DNA of 32,000 nucleotides from positions 1,020,001 through 1,052,000 of the forward strand of contig NZ_LN831039.1 of NCBI RefSeq assembly GCF_001457595.1, written 5' to 3'. Positions 10,774 through 20,512 of the stretch are shown here, piece by piece (position 1 is the first letter of the stretch; each line of letters begins with the position of its first letter). This DNA comes from Mycolicibacterium smegmatis (GTDB lineage Bacteria; Actinomycetota; Actinomycetes; Mycobacteriales; Mycobacteriaceae). The position numbers and the translations under genes were made by a program. The notes beneath the pieces were generated by a model. That model searched no databases. It saw nothing but the letters and a program-made list of their open reading frames with translations, and was not told where the DNA came from.

Positions 10774-11634
10774 GTGAGCAATGCAATCGAACGAGTAGGT
10801 GTCGTCGGAGCCGGCCAGATGGGCAGCGGCATCGCCGAGGTGTCCGCCCGCGCGGGCGTCGACGTCCTGGTCTACGACACCACTGACGCCTTCGTGACGG
10901 CCGGGCGCAACCGCATCACGAAGTCGCTGGAGCGCGCCGTGAGCGCGGGCAAGGTCACCGAGCGTGAGAAGGACGAGGCGCTGGGCCGGCTGCGCTTCAC
11001 CACGAGCCTCGCCGACATGGCCGACCGTCAGCTGGTCATCGAGGCCGTGATCGAGGACGAGAACATCAAGGGCGAGATCTTCGCCGAACTCGACCGCGTG
11101 ATCACCGACCCCGACGCGGTGCTGGCGTCGAACACGTCGAGCATCCCGATCATGAAGATCGCGGCGTCCACCGAGAACCCCGAGCGCGTGCTGGGCCTGC
11201 ACTTCTTCAACCCGGTGCCCGTCCTGCCACTCGTCGAGTTGGTGTCCACACTCGTCACCTCCGAGGCGGCGGCCGACCGGGTCGAGCAGTTCGCCGGATC
11301 GGTGCTGGGCAAGCAGGTCGTGCGGTGCTCCGACCGGTCCGGCTTCGTGGTGAACTTCCTGCTCGTGCCGTACCTGCTCTCGGCAATCCGCATGGTCGAA
11401 GGTGGCGTCGCCACCATCGAGGACGTCGACAAGGCCGTGGTGGCCGGGTTGTCGCACCCGATGGGGCCGCTGCGCCTGTCCGATCTGGTAGGGCTCGACA
11501 CGCTGAAGCTGATCGCCGACAAGATGTTCGACGAGTTCAAGGAGCCCCTGTACGCGGCGCCGCCACTGCTGCTGCGCATGGTCGAGGCCGGCCAGCTCGG
11601 CAAGAAAACGGGCAAGGGCTTCTATACCTACTGA
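10774..11634 (+). CDS. fadB2: 3-hydroxybutyryl-CoA dehydrogenase
   Basis: 286 aa, GTG start after an AGGAGG-type RBS: ERVGVVGAGQMGSGIAEVSARAGVDV, HFFNPVPVLPLVELV, GLDTLKLIADKMFDEFK, KTGKGFYTY. Confidence 0.95.
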   Translation: MSNAIERVGVVGAGQMGSGIAEVSARAGVDVLVYDTTDAFVTAGRNRITKSLERAVSAGKVTEREKDEALGRLRFTTSLADMADRQLVIEAVIEDENIKGEIFAELDRVITDPDAVLASNTSSIPIMKIAASTENPERVLGLHFFNPVPVLPLVELVSTLVTSEAAADRVEQFAGSVLGKQVVRCSDRSGFVVNFLLVPYLLSAIRMVEGGVATIEDVDKAVVAGLSHPMGPLRLSDLVGLDTLKLIADKMFDEFKEPLYAAPPLLLRMVEAGQLGKKTGKGFYTY

Positions 11635-11675
11635 TCAGCTGCTGATTACGCGGGGGCGGGCCAAGCTGGCACTGA

Positions 11676-12671
<996 letters not shown>

Positions 12672-12681
12672 GTTTTTCCGT

Positions 12682-12744
12682 CGCCGAGGCTACGGTTTTT
12701 CGCGTGATTCTCACGAATTCGCGCGAACAACCGTAGCCTCGGCG
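12682..12744. repeat. Long imperfect inverted repeat, 23-nt arms with one mismatch; likely convergent terminator
   Basis: CGCCGAGGCTACGGTTtTTCGCG (12682-12704) pairs with CGCGAAcAACCGTAGCCTCGGCG (12722-12744), loop 12705-12721. The outer 16 bp are perfect; the right arm lies inside the 3' end of the DUF559 gene. Confidence 0.75.
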
Positions 12745-13583
12745 CATTCGAGGGCATCGCGGACACGGGCGATCACCGCCGGCGTCCGGTACCGCAGGTG
12801 TTCGTGGCTCACCCGGATGATCGTCCAGCCCGACGCGGCCAGGAATTCCAGCCGATCGATATCGGATGCGTGGGCGGCAGGGTCCTGCCAGTGGTGCGCT
12901 CCGTCGTACTCCGCGCCGACCATGCGATCCGGCCACCCCATGTCGATGCGACGCCGCACGCGACCCCGCTCGTCGAGCACCGGTATCTGAGTGACCGGGC
13001 GCGGCAGACCGGCTCTCACCAGCACCAACCGCAGCCGGGTCTCCTGCGGTGACTCCGCACCGGGATCGACCAGATCCAGTGTGGTGCGCAACCTGCGGAT
13101 GCCGCGTGCTCCGCGATACCGCTCGGCGACCGACATCACCTCGGCGACATCGGTTTTGGTGGCATTGAGCAGGGCGTCGAGGCGGATCACCCCGGTCTCG
13201 ACCGGTAGCCGACGGCCGAGGTCATAGGCCGTGCGTGCGGGTGTGGTGCAGTCCATGCCGCCGACCCTGCAGATCTCGTCGTCGGCGATGACGCCGGTGT
13301 GGATCCGGATCCCGGCAGGGGAGGGGTGGCGGACGCGGGCGAGTTCGGCAGGCGCGTCGTCCGGTAGCCACCTGCTGCCGAGCATCGCCGCGGCGGAGTA
13401 TCCGGCCAGCGTCGCGGTCCGGCCCGACCACAGCCATGCGGCCCTCGCGCGGCTACGGGCATCGAGGCTGAAATCGCGCGGTACATAGACATTTCGGTGC
13501 AGCTTGCGGTAACTGGTCTGCAGCGCGTACCGGGTGAGCACCCCGCTCGACAGTGCCTCGCTCCCCACGATGATGTCCCCCAT
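12711..13583 (-). CDS. DUF559 domain protein with AbiEi-antitoxin-like N-terminal region
   Basis: 290 aa. N-terminus resembles AbiEi-type (SSGVLTRYALQTSYRKLHRNVYVP...); C-terminal DUF559/Vsr-like segment (RRRIDMGWPDRMVGAEYDGAHHWQDPAAHASDIDRLEFLAASGWTIIRVSHEHL). Confidence 0.85.
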   Translation of the reverse strand: MGDIIVGSEALSSGVLTRYALQTSYRKLHRNVYVPRDFSLDARSRARAAWLWSGRTATLAGYSAAAMLGSRWLPDDAPAELARVRHPSPAGIRIHTGVIADDEICRVGGMDCTTPARTAYDLGRRLPVETGVIRLDALLNATKTDVAEVMSVAERYRGARGIRRLRTTLDLVDPGAESPQETRLRLVLVRAGLPRPVTQIPVLDERGRVRRRIDMGWPDRMVGAEYDGAHHWQDPAAHASDIDRLEFLAASGWTIIRVSHEHLRYRTPAVIARVRDALECAEATVVRANS

Positions 13584-13692
13584 GCCGGTATTCGACGCGC
13601 GCGGGGGCCATCCGGTTCCATGCTCGCCGACGCTACGGTTGTTGACGAGAAAACGGGGGATTCAGCGCAAGAAAGCGTAGTGTCGGCGAAAC

Positions 13693-14580
13693 TCAAGCCT
13701 CAAAAAGCCTGCGCTTCTCGGCCTCGACATCGAAATCCGGTGGCGGCCAGGACATGTTGAGGCGCTTGAGCGCTTCGATGAGCAGTTCGGTGATGGCCAG
13801 CCTGCTGTACCACTTCCGGTTGCACGGCACGATGTGCCACGGCGCGTGATCGGTCGAGGTCTTCTCCAGCATGGCCTGATAGGCCTCCTGGTACTTGGGC
13901 CACAGCAGGCGTTCGTCGATGTCGGCCGGGTTGTACTTCCAGTACTTGTCGGGACGTTCGAGGCGTTCGGCGAGGCGATTCTTCTGTTCGGCCAGCGACA
14001 CGAACATCGCGACCTTCACCAGGGTGGTGCCTGCGTCGACGAGTTCGCGCTCGAACTCGTTGATCTCGTCGTAGCGGGCGCTCCACACCTCGGGCGGTAC
14101 CAGGTTGTGGACGCGGACGATGAGCACATCCTCGTAGTGCGAGCGGTCGAACACACCGATGTGGCCCGCGGGCGGCAACGCGTTGCGGATTCGCCACAGG
14201 TAGTGGTGGGCGCGTTCCTCCTCGGTCGGCTTGCCGAAGCTCGTGTACCGGACGCCCTGCGGATTTGCCGCGCCCACAACATGTTTGACGATGCCGCCCT
14301 TGCCTGCGGTGTCCATGCCCTGCAGGATCAGGAGCACCGAGCGGTTGTCGTCACCGGCCTTGGAACGCGCGTAGAGCATCTCCTGCAGCGACGCCAGGCG
14401 CAGGTTGCGCTCGACCTGCAATGTCGCGGCGTCGGACTTCGAACCGCGAAAGCCCGGCGTGCCATCGGTTTTGATGCGGCTGACCTGGTCGCCCTGGCGG
14501 AAGGCCAAGTGTTGGTGGGGTTCATGGGTCCACAGCGTGGGCAGGTCCCCGGCGAGGTCATCGTCGTCGAAATCGGACAT
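13693..14580 (-). CDS. PPK2-family polyphosphate kinase
   Basis: Walker A region ILQGMDTAGKGGIVKHV, FDRSHYEDVLIVRV, RLERPDKYWKYNPADIDER. ATG at 14580; a TTG at 14592 gives a 299-aa alternative. Confidence 0.92.
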   Translation of the reverse strand: MSDFDDDDLAGDLPTLWTHEPHQHLAFRQGDQVSRIKTDGTPGFRGSKSDAATLQVERNLRLASLQEMLYARSKAGDDNRSVLLILQGMDTAGKGGIVKHVVGAANPQGVRYTSFGKPTEEERAHHYLWRIRNALPPAGHIGVFDRSHYEDVLIVRVHNLVPPEVWSARYDEINEFERELVDAGTTLVKVAMFVSLAEQKNRLAERLERPDKYWKYNPADIDERLLWPKYQEAYQAMLEKTSTDHAPWHIVPCNRKWYSRLAITELLIEALKRLNMSWPPPDFDVEAEKRRLFEA

Positions 14581-14584
14581 CCGG

Positions 14585-15289
14585 TCAGTCAAGCAGGTGA
14601 CGCGGCGGAATCGGCGATGGATGCGGCTGCGAGTTGAACTTCTCCAGCGATCCGCCGACCTCGACGATGCCGCACAGCGCGTACCACGACAGCATGGTCA
14701 GGTAGTCGATCAGCTCGTCGGAGGTCATCCGCGGGTTCGACATCCACGAGTGCGTGGCGAGCTGGACACCGCCGACGGTGTGGAACGCCCAGGCCTCGAC
14801 ACCGCCGGTGTCCATGCCGACCTCGGCCATGCGGCGGCGCAGCATCACCGCGAGCATGCGCGCGATGATCTGCTCGGAATCGGCGACGGCCTTGCTCTTG
14901 CTCGCGGAGTTGTTGGCCATCACGAACCGGTACGGTTCGGGCTCGGCGGCGACGGTCTCGACGTAGACGCGGATGATCTCGCGTGTGAGAGCGAACCCGT
15001 CGAGGTTCGACGACAGCGCGGCCGCCATGTTGGGGATCAGCGTGGTCTGCGCGAACCGCATCATCACCGCGGTGGTGAGATCGTTCTTGTCCACGAAGTA
15101 GCGATACAGCACGGTCTTGGACACGCCGATCTCAGCGGCGATCTCGTCCATGCTGACGTTGCTGCCCCGGCGGCGGATGGCTTCGAGGGTGCCGTCCACC
15201 AATTCATTACGACGCTCCACCTTGTGTTGGTGCCAGCGCCGTTTGCGTCCATCGGTCTTCACCGTCGCCGGTGGAGTCTGCTGTGCCAC
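14585..15289 (-). CDS. TetR/AcrR-family transcriptional regulator
   Basis: 234 aa: HTH DGTLEAIRRRGSNVSMDEIAAEIGVSKTVLYRYFVDKNDL; 4 bp upstream of PPK2, likely co-transcribed. Position of Rv0472c. Confidence 0.93.
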   Translation of the reverse strand: MAQQTPPATVKTDGRKRRWHQHKVERRNELVDGTLEAIRRRGSNVSMDEIAAEIGVSKTVLYRYFVDKNDLTTAVMMRFAQTTLIPNMAAALSSNLDGFALTREIIRVYVETVAAEPEPYRFVMANNSASKSKAVADSEQIIARMLAVMLRRRMAEVGMDTGGVEAWAFHTVGGVQLATHSWMSNPRMTSDELIDYLTMLSWYALCGIVEVGGSLEKFNSQPHPSPIPPRHLLD

Positions 15290-15378
15290 TTTCGCAGTAG
15301 TTTCCGTTCCCTAGGTCACCTCGATACTACGGCGATTCGCCAGGATTCGGCTCACGGGTTGACGGGGATGTTGGCGCG

Positions 15379-16725
15379 GTGGCGGATGATGGAAATGTGG
15401 CTCATCGAATGGATGCGGATCAGCACGCGTTGCCCGCCGCACGGCCGAGCTTCGCCGAGACCCTCGCCGGTGCCGATACGGCGGCAGACGCCGAGCGCAG
15501 GCGGGGTTTACGGCGGATGAAGGTGGTGGCGCTGAGTTTCCTGGTCGGCGCCACCGTCATTTTTCTGCTGTGCACGTGGGCGCAATCCCACGGTGCCGCG
15601 CCGTGGGTGGGCTACGTGCGGGCGGCAGCCGAGGCCGGCATGGTCGGCGCGCTTGCTGACTGGTTTGCCGTCACGGCATTGTTCAAGCACCCGCTGGGGT
15701 TGCCCATCCCGCACACCGCGATCATCAAGCGTAAGAAAGATCAACTCGGCGAGGGGCTGGGAACCTTCGTCCGCGAGAACTTCATGTCCCCGGATGTGGT
15801 GGCCGCCAAACTGCGTGACGCGCAGGTGGCCGGCCGGGTGGGCAAGTGGCTGTCCGATCCGGCGCACGCCGAGCGGGTGGCCGCCGAGACCGCGACCGTG
15901 CTGCGCGTCGGGGTGGAGATGCTGCGCGACGAGGACGTGCAGCATGTGCTCGACCGCATGATCGTCAAACGCATCGCCGAGCCGCAGTGGGGCCCGCCGA
16001 TCGGACGGGTGCTGGCGTCGCTGCTCGCCGAGGGCCGCCAGGAGGCGCTCATCCAGCTGTTGTGCGACCGGGCCTTCCAGTGGTCGCTCAACGCGGGTGA
16101 GGTGATCGAGCGGGTCATCGAACGCGATTCACCGACCTGGTCGCCGCGCTGGGTCGACCACCTCGTCGGAGACCGGATCCACCGCGAGCTGATGGATTTC
16201 ACCGACAAGGTGCGGCGCAATCCCGATCACGAACTGCGCCGCTCTGCGACGCGGTTCATGTTCGAGTTCGCCGACGATCTGCAGAACGACCCGGCGACCA
16301 TCCAACGCGCCGAGAACGTCAAGGAACAGATCATGGCGCGCGACGAGGTCGCCAGGGCGGCCGAGACGGCGTGGACCGCAGCAAAGCGCATCGTGCTGGA
16401 GTCGGTCGACGATCCGTCGTCGGCGTTGCGCACCCGCATCGCCGATTCGGTGGTGCGCATCGGTGAATCGATGCGCGACGACGCCGAACTGCGCGACAAG
16501 GTGGACAACTGGATCATCCGCGCCGCGCAGCATCTGGTGACCGAATACGGCGTGGAGATCACCGCGATCATCACCGAGACCATCGAGCGCTGGGACGCCG
16601 ACGAGGCCAGCCGGCGCATCGAACTCCACGTGGGACGCGATCTGCAATTCATCCGCATCAACGGCACCGTGGTCGGTGCGCTCGCGGGCCTGGTGATCTA
16701 CTCGGTAGCCCAGCTGCTCTTCTGA
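15379..16725 (+). CDS. DUF445 family membrane protein
   Basis: 448 aa: GALADWFAVTALFKHPLGLPIPHTAIIKRKKDQLGEGLGTFVRENF, C-terminal INGTVVGALAGLVIYSVAQLLF. Confidence 0.9.
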   Translation: MADDGNVAHRMDADQHALPAARPSFAETLAGADTAADAERRRGLRRMKVVALSFLVGATVIFLLCTWAQSHGAAPWVGYVRAAAEAGMVGALADWFAVTALFKHPLGLPIPHTAIIKRKKDQLGEGLGTFVRENFMSPDVVAAKLRDAQVAGRVGKWLSDPAHAERVAAETATVLRVGVEMLRDEDVQHVLDRMIVKRIAEPQWGPPIGRVLASLLAEGRQEALIQLLCDRAFQWSLNAGEVIERVIERDSPTWSPRWVDHLVGDRIHRELMDFTDKVRRNPDHELRRSATRFMFEFADDLQNDPATIQRAENVKEQIMARDEVARAAETAWTAAKRIVLESVDDPSSALRTRIADSVVRIGESMRDDAELRDKVDNWIIRAAQHLVTEYGVEITAIITETIERWDADEASRRIELHVGRDLQFIRINGTVVGALAGLVIYSVAQLLF

Positions 16726-16730
16726 CCTGC

Positions 16731-16760
16731 GCTAACTAGTGCTTGCAAAAGTTAGCACTC
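16731..16760. promoter_or_regulatory. Nested inverted repeat upstream of the XRE-type regulator
   Basis: GCTAACT (16731-16737) / AGTTAGC (16750-16756); AGTGCT (16738-16743) / AGCACT (16754-16759). Confidence 0.45.
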
Positions 16761-16812
16761 GCACGTAGCCTGTATTCGTCGACATCGGATACCGAGCTAT
16801 GAGGGGGCTTCA

Positions 16813-17241
16813 ATGGCGCAGGATGAGAATCTCGCGGCAGTGGTCTCCAACGCTGCGCAGGACATCGGCAGCTTCATCCGGGCTCAGCGCGAAGCGGCGC
16901 AGGTATCGGTGCGTCAGCTGGCCGAGAAGGCCGGTGTGAGCAATCCCTACCTCAGCCAGATCGAGCGGGGATTGCGGAAACCTTCCGCCGACGTGCTCAA
17001 CCAGATCGCGAAGGCGCTGCGGGTGTCCGCGGAAGTGCTCTACGTCCGCGCCGGGATCCTGGAACCCAGCGAACCCAGCGAGGTCCGCGACGCCATCGTC
17101 AACGACGTGAGCATCACCGAGCGCCAGAAGCAGGTGCTGCTCGACATCTACACGTCGTTTCGCCAGCAGAACGAAGCCGCGGGTGAGCCCGAAGGTCCCG
17201 CGGCGATTCCCTCACCAGATGAGGAGCCGGCTACTGACTGA
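16813..17241 (+). CDS. XRE-family HTH transcriptional regulator (Rv0474-like)
   Basis: 142 aa: REAAQVSVRQLAEKAGVSNPYLSQIERGLRKPSADVLNQIAKALRVSAEVLYVRAGIL; directly upstream of hbhA. Confidence 0.9.
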   Translation: MAQDENLAAVVSNAAQDIGSFIRAQREAAQVSVRQLAEKAGVSNPYLSQIERGLRKPSADVLNQIAKALRVSAEVLYVRAGILEPSEPSEVRDAIVNDVSITERQKQVLLDIYTSFRQQNEAAGEPEGPAAIPSPDEEPATD

Positions 17242-17318
17242 CACCGACCGAAACATGCACACACAACTGACAACTGCGGGACATCCCGCACACACAGTCC
17301 GCAGAAAGGAACAACGAC

Positions 17319-18017
17319 ATGGCTGACAACACCCAACCCACCGTAGAAGAGCTCAAGGCTCCGCTGCTCGCCGCCGTCGGCGCCGCGGATCTGGCGCTGG
17401 CCACGGTCAACGAGATCATCGCGACCCTGCTCGAGCGTGCCGGGGAGGCCCGCAGCGACGCCGAGGCCCGCGTCGAGGAGAGCCGCGCGCGCCTGACCAA
17501 GCTGCAGGAGGAGCTGCCCAGCCAGTTCGGTGAGCTGCGCGAGAAGCTGAACTCGGAGGAACTGCGCAAGAAGCTGAACTCCGAAGAGCTGCGCAAGGCC
17601 GCCGAGAGCTACGCCGACCAGGCCACCGCGACCTACAACAAGCTCGTCGAGCGTGGCGAGGCGGCGCTGGAGCGCCTGCGCAATCAGCCTGCGCTCGAAG
17701 AGGCCGCTACCCGCGTCGAGACCTACACCGACCAGGCCGTCGAGCTGACCCAGGAGGCCCTGGGCACCGTGGCGTCGCAGACCCGCGCGGTCGGCGAGCG
17801 TGCCGCCAAGCTGGTGGGCGTCGAACTGCCGAAGCGTGCCGAGGCCGCGGCCGAGACCGCTTCGGAGGCTGCCGCCGAGACCGCCGAGCCGGTCAAGAAG
17901 GCTGCCGCCCCGGCCGCCAAGAAGGCCGCCCCCGCCAAGAAGGCCGCCCCCGCCAAGAAGGCTGCTCCGGCCAAGAGCGCGGCCAAGGCCCCGGCCAAGA
18001 AGGTCACCCAGAAGTAG
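17319..18017 (+). CDS. hbhA: Heparin-binding hemagglutinin
   Basis: 232 aa: [41 protein letters not shown]..., coiled-coil, Lys/Ala/Pro-rich C-terminus [37 protein letters not shown]. Confidence 0.96.
   Translation: MADNTQPTVEELKAPLLAAVGAADLALATVNEIIATLLERAGEARSDAEARVEESRARLTKLQEELPSQFGELREKLNSEELRKKLNSEELRKAAESYADQATATYNKLVERGEAALERLRNQPALEEAATRVETYTDQAVELTQEALGTVASQTRAVGERAAKLVGVELPKRAEAAAETASEAAAETAEPVKKAAAPAAKKAAPAKKAAPAKKAAPAKSAAKAPAKKVTQK
17916..17969 (+). repeat. In-frame 18-bp tandem repeats in hbhA (GCCAAGAAGGCCGCCCCC)
   Basis: Two perfect units (17916-17933, 17934-17951) and a third degenerate unit (17952-17969), encoding AKKAAP repeats. Confidence 0.85.
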
Positions 18018-18093
18018 TTCGCCGAAACGCGACGCGAGGGGGATGTACAGACGTCATTCGACGTTGACGATGGCGCCCGCATAGGCTGGTGAG

Positions 18094-18378
18094 GTGATAC
18101 TTGCCGACCTTGCGGGCGTCATTATTTTGGTACTCGTCGCCCTGGTGTTCTTTGTGGGCGTCTATGCCTTGGTGCATGCGGCCATGCAACGCCCGGACGC
18201 CTACACGGCGACCGGCAAACTGACCAAGCCCGTGTGGCTGATCATCCTCGGTGTCGGACTGCTCCTGCTGCTGTTGCTGCGTGACGCGTTCGGTGCCGCG
18301 ATCTCGGCCTGCGCCACGGGCGTGTACCTGGTGGACGTCCGGCCGAAATTGCTTGAGATCCAAGGAAAGTCGCGCTGA
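18094..18378 (+). CDS. DUF2516 family membrane protein
   Basis: 94 aa from GTG: [53 protein letters not shown]...; position of Rv0476. Confidence 0.85.
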   Translation: MILADLAGVIILVLVALVFFVGVYALVHAAMQRPDAYTATGKLTKPVWLIILGVGLLLLLLLRDAFGAAISACATGVYLVDVRPKLLEIQGKSR

Positions 18379-18382
18379 GTAG

Positions 18383-18796
18383 ATGCGACTTTCGTTCGCC
18401 GCGCCTGCCGTGGCAAGTGTTGTGCTGACGGCTGCGCTCGCATGGGTGCCGACGGCTCACGCCGAGGACTCGACGCCGTACGTCGACCACGTCGAATGGG
18501 CCAAATGGGGCGACCTGTCGAGCCTGCGCGTGTACCCCACGGCGTCGGCGCGCGAGCTGTCGCGCCAACCGGGCGGCGCCGCGCTGGCCGACGAGGCGTG
18601 GCGGCAGGTGCTGGCGCTCTCACCGGACGCCGACATCGCCGGCATGCGAGAACAGTTCGTGTGCCACTGGACGTTCGCCGAACTCGTCGAGCCGGGGAAG
18701 ACCAGCTGGAACCTGGAGCCGTGGCGACCCGAGGTCTCGCCGGAAGAGATGGCCGCGACCGGGTGCAATCCGGGCGGCACCGAGGAGCCTTTCTGA
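18383..18796 (+). CDS. Secreted DUF2599 domain-containing protein
   Basis: 137 aa with signal peptide [29 protein letters not shown] and [17 protein letters not shown]...[11 protein letters not shown]...WNLEPWRP; position of Rv0477. Confidence 0.85.
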   Translation: MRLSFAAPAVASVVLTAALAWVPTAHAEDSTPYVDHVEWAKWGDLSSLRVYPTASARELSRQPGGAALADEAWRQVLALSPDADIAGMREQFVCHWTFAELVEPGKTSWNLEPWRPEVSPEEMAATGCNPGGTEEPF

Positions 18797-19479
18797 TGAC
18801 CGACTACACGCGCGCGCAGGTCGCTGCGCTCGTCGACCACACCCTGCTCAAGCCGGAGGCGACGCCGTCCGACGTCACAGCCCTCGTCGACGAGGCGGCT
18901 GACCTGGGAGTCTTCGCGGTCTGCGTATCACCGCCGCTGGTGTCGGTCGCCGCAGGCGTCGCGCCGTCGGGCCTGGCGATCGCCGCGGTGGCCGGCTTCC
19001 CGTCCGGTAAGCACGTGCCCGGCATCAAGGCGACCGAGGCCGAACTCGCGGTCGCGGCGGGCGCCGCCGAGATCGACATGGTGATCGACGTCGGTGCTGC
19101 GCTCGCCGGGGATCTGGACGCCGTGTCCGCCGACATCACCGCGGTCCGCAAGGCCGTGCGCGCGGCGACGCTCAAGGTCATCGTCGAGTCGGCGGCGCTC
19201 CTGGAGTTCTCGGGAGAACCGCTGCTCGCCGACGTGTGCCGGGTCGCGCGCGACGCGGGAGCCGACTTCGTGAAGACCTCCACGGGTTTCCATCCGTCCG
19301 GCGGCGCGTCGGTGCAGGCGGTCGAGATCATGGCGCGCACCGTCGGCGAGCGCCTCGGGGTCAAGGCCAGCGGCGGGATCCGCACCGCCGAGCAGGCCGC
19401 GGCCATGCTCGACGCGGGAGCCACCCGGCTGGGCCTGTCCGGCTCACGCGCGGTGCTCGACGGGTTCGGCTCGGCCTGA
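18796..19479 (+). CDS. deoC: Deoxyribose-phosphate aldolase
   Basis: ATG at 18796 in a TGATG overlap: [27 protein letters not shown]...[16 protein letters not shown]...[13 protein letters not shown]. Confidence 0.95.
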   Translation: MTDYTRAQVAALVDHTLLKPEATPSDVTALVDEAADLGVFAVCVSPPLVSVAAGVAPSGLAIAAVAGFPSGKHVPGIKATEAELAVAAGAAEIDMVIDVGAALAGDLDAVSADITAVRKAVRAATLKVIVESAALLEFSGEPLLADVCRVARDAGADFVKTSTGFHPSGGASVQAVEIMARTVGERLGVKASGGIRTAEQAAAMLDAGATRLGLSGSRAVLDGFGSA

Positions 19480-19487
19480 GCGTCGGC

Positions 19488-19503
19488 CCGGCCTGTCGGC
19501 CGG
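19488..19503. terminator. Short GC hairpin CCGGCC-tgtc-GGCCGG between convergent genes
   Basis: Perfect 6-bp stem in the deoC / DUF2993 convergent junction. Confidence 0.3.
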
Positions 19504-19516
19504 TCAGACCGAAAGG

Positions 19517-20452
19517 TCAGATCCCCGCGAAGCAGGGATCCTCTTCGCCCTTGGGCATCGCGGCGTTCTGCGTCGAGAACCGGGCGACCACACCGCTGTC
19601 GGTGACCTGCACCGAATCCGCGTGGATACCCATCGGGTAGTTCTCGGTCAGCTGCGAGGTGAAGCTGTCCAGGATGGGCTGCAGCGTCTCGCGCGGCCAG
19701 GACAGGCCGATCGCGCTGAGCTCGGTGATCTGCAGTGACAGGCCCTTGTTGACCACGCGCGGGCGCGCGGTGATGGTGCCGATGAGCCCCTTGAGCTCGA
19801 TGGTGCCCGCCGACGGATTGGTCTTGACGTCGGAGATCGCCGAACCGATGAACGGCAGCTGCACCATGTCGGCCACGGTCTGCCGGATGCCTTCGGTGGA
19901 CCACGTGATGTCGGCGTTGAGCGAGCCGACCGTGCCGGTCGAGGTCGGCGTGTCCTCAAGGCGGACATCGCGGATGTCCAGCGCGACCTTCATGCCCTTG
20001 GCCTCGCGGATCTGGTTGCCCGCGGTCTCGATGTTGATGTTGGTGTAGTGACCCGACATGTGCTGCAGCAGGAACGGCGGCAGCGGGTCGAACGACGCCT
20101 TCACATCGTCCTCGACGACGCACGAGACGATCCCGGCGACGATGCTGTCGGCGCGGTTGCGCGCGTACAGCTCACCGCCGAGTACGCCCGCGACCACCAG
20201 CGCCAGCACGATCACCACCACCAGCACCACCGACAGCGGGTCGGACAGCAGGCTCTTGACCTTCGACTTGGGAGACGAGCCCTTGGGCGGCTCGGCAGGT
20301 GCTCCGGGCTGCACCGGCTGGCCGGGCGCGCCTGCGTGCGGCGGTGCGCCGGGCGGCGTCGGCTGGGGGTCCTGCGGGGGCAGACCCGGCTGGGGCTGCG
20401 GCGATGATGCTTGCGGGGCCTGGTCGGTGGGTCGAGCCCAGGGATCGGTCAC
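19517..20452 (-). CDS. DUF2993 (LmeA-like) membrane-anchored protein with Pro/Gln-rich N-terminus
   Basis: 311 aa: PQASSPQPQPGLPPQDPQPTPPGAPP..., one TM segment (VVLVVVIVLALVVAGVLGG), then GTVGSLNADITWSTEGIRQTV...GLIGTITARPRVVNKGLSLQI. Position of Rv0479c. Confidence 0.78.
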   Translation of the reverse strand: MTDPWARPTDQAPQASSPQPQPGLPPQDPQPTPPGAPPHAGAPGQPVQPGAPAEPPKGSSPKSKVKSLLSDPLSVVLVVVIVLALVVAGVLGGELYARNRADSIVAGIVSCVVEDDVKASFDPLPPFLLQHMSGHYTNINIETAGNQIREAKGMKVALDIRDVRLEDTPTSTGTVGSLNADITWSTEGIRQTVADMVQLPFIGSAISDVKTNPSAGTIELKGLIGTITARPRVVNKGLSLQITELSAIGLSWPRETLQPILDSFTSQLTENYPMGIHADSVQVTDSGVVARFSTQNAAMPKGEEDPCFAGI

Positions 20453-20512
20453 GCCAGCGATTGTGCCTTACCGGGCTGAGCAACCTGTGAGCGACTTGAT
20501 GTCCACCGAGGT

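Noticed and set aside
9189-10832. 547-aa reverse ORF opposite icl
   Set aside because: Shadow ORF; covers the icl promoter and coding region, no domain signal.
11634-11646. ATCAGC-T-GCTGAT palindrome after fadB2
   Set aside because: Short and overlapping the stop codon; expected by chance at this scale, no further support.
12711-13583. DUF559/AbiEi-like gene considered as half of a toxin-antitoxin pair
   Set aside because: No AbiEii-like nucleotidyltransferase partner on either side; the neighbours are a methyltransferase and a PPK2 kinase.
17916-17969. Repeated GCCAAGAAGGCC units considered as a CRISPR or regulatory repeat
   Set aside because: In-frame codon-level repeats encoding the known Lys/Ala-rich C-terminus of HBHA; no spacers.
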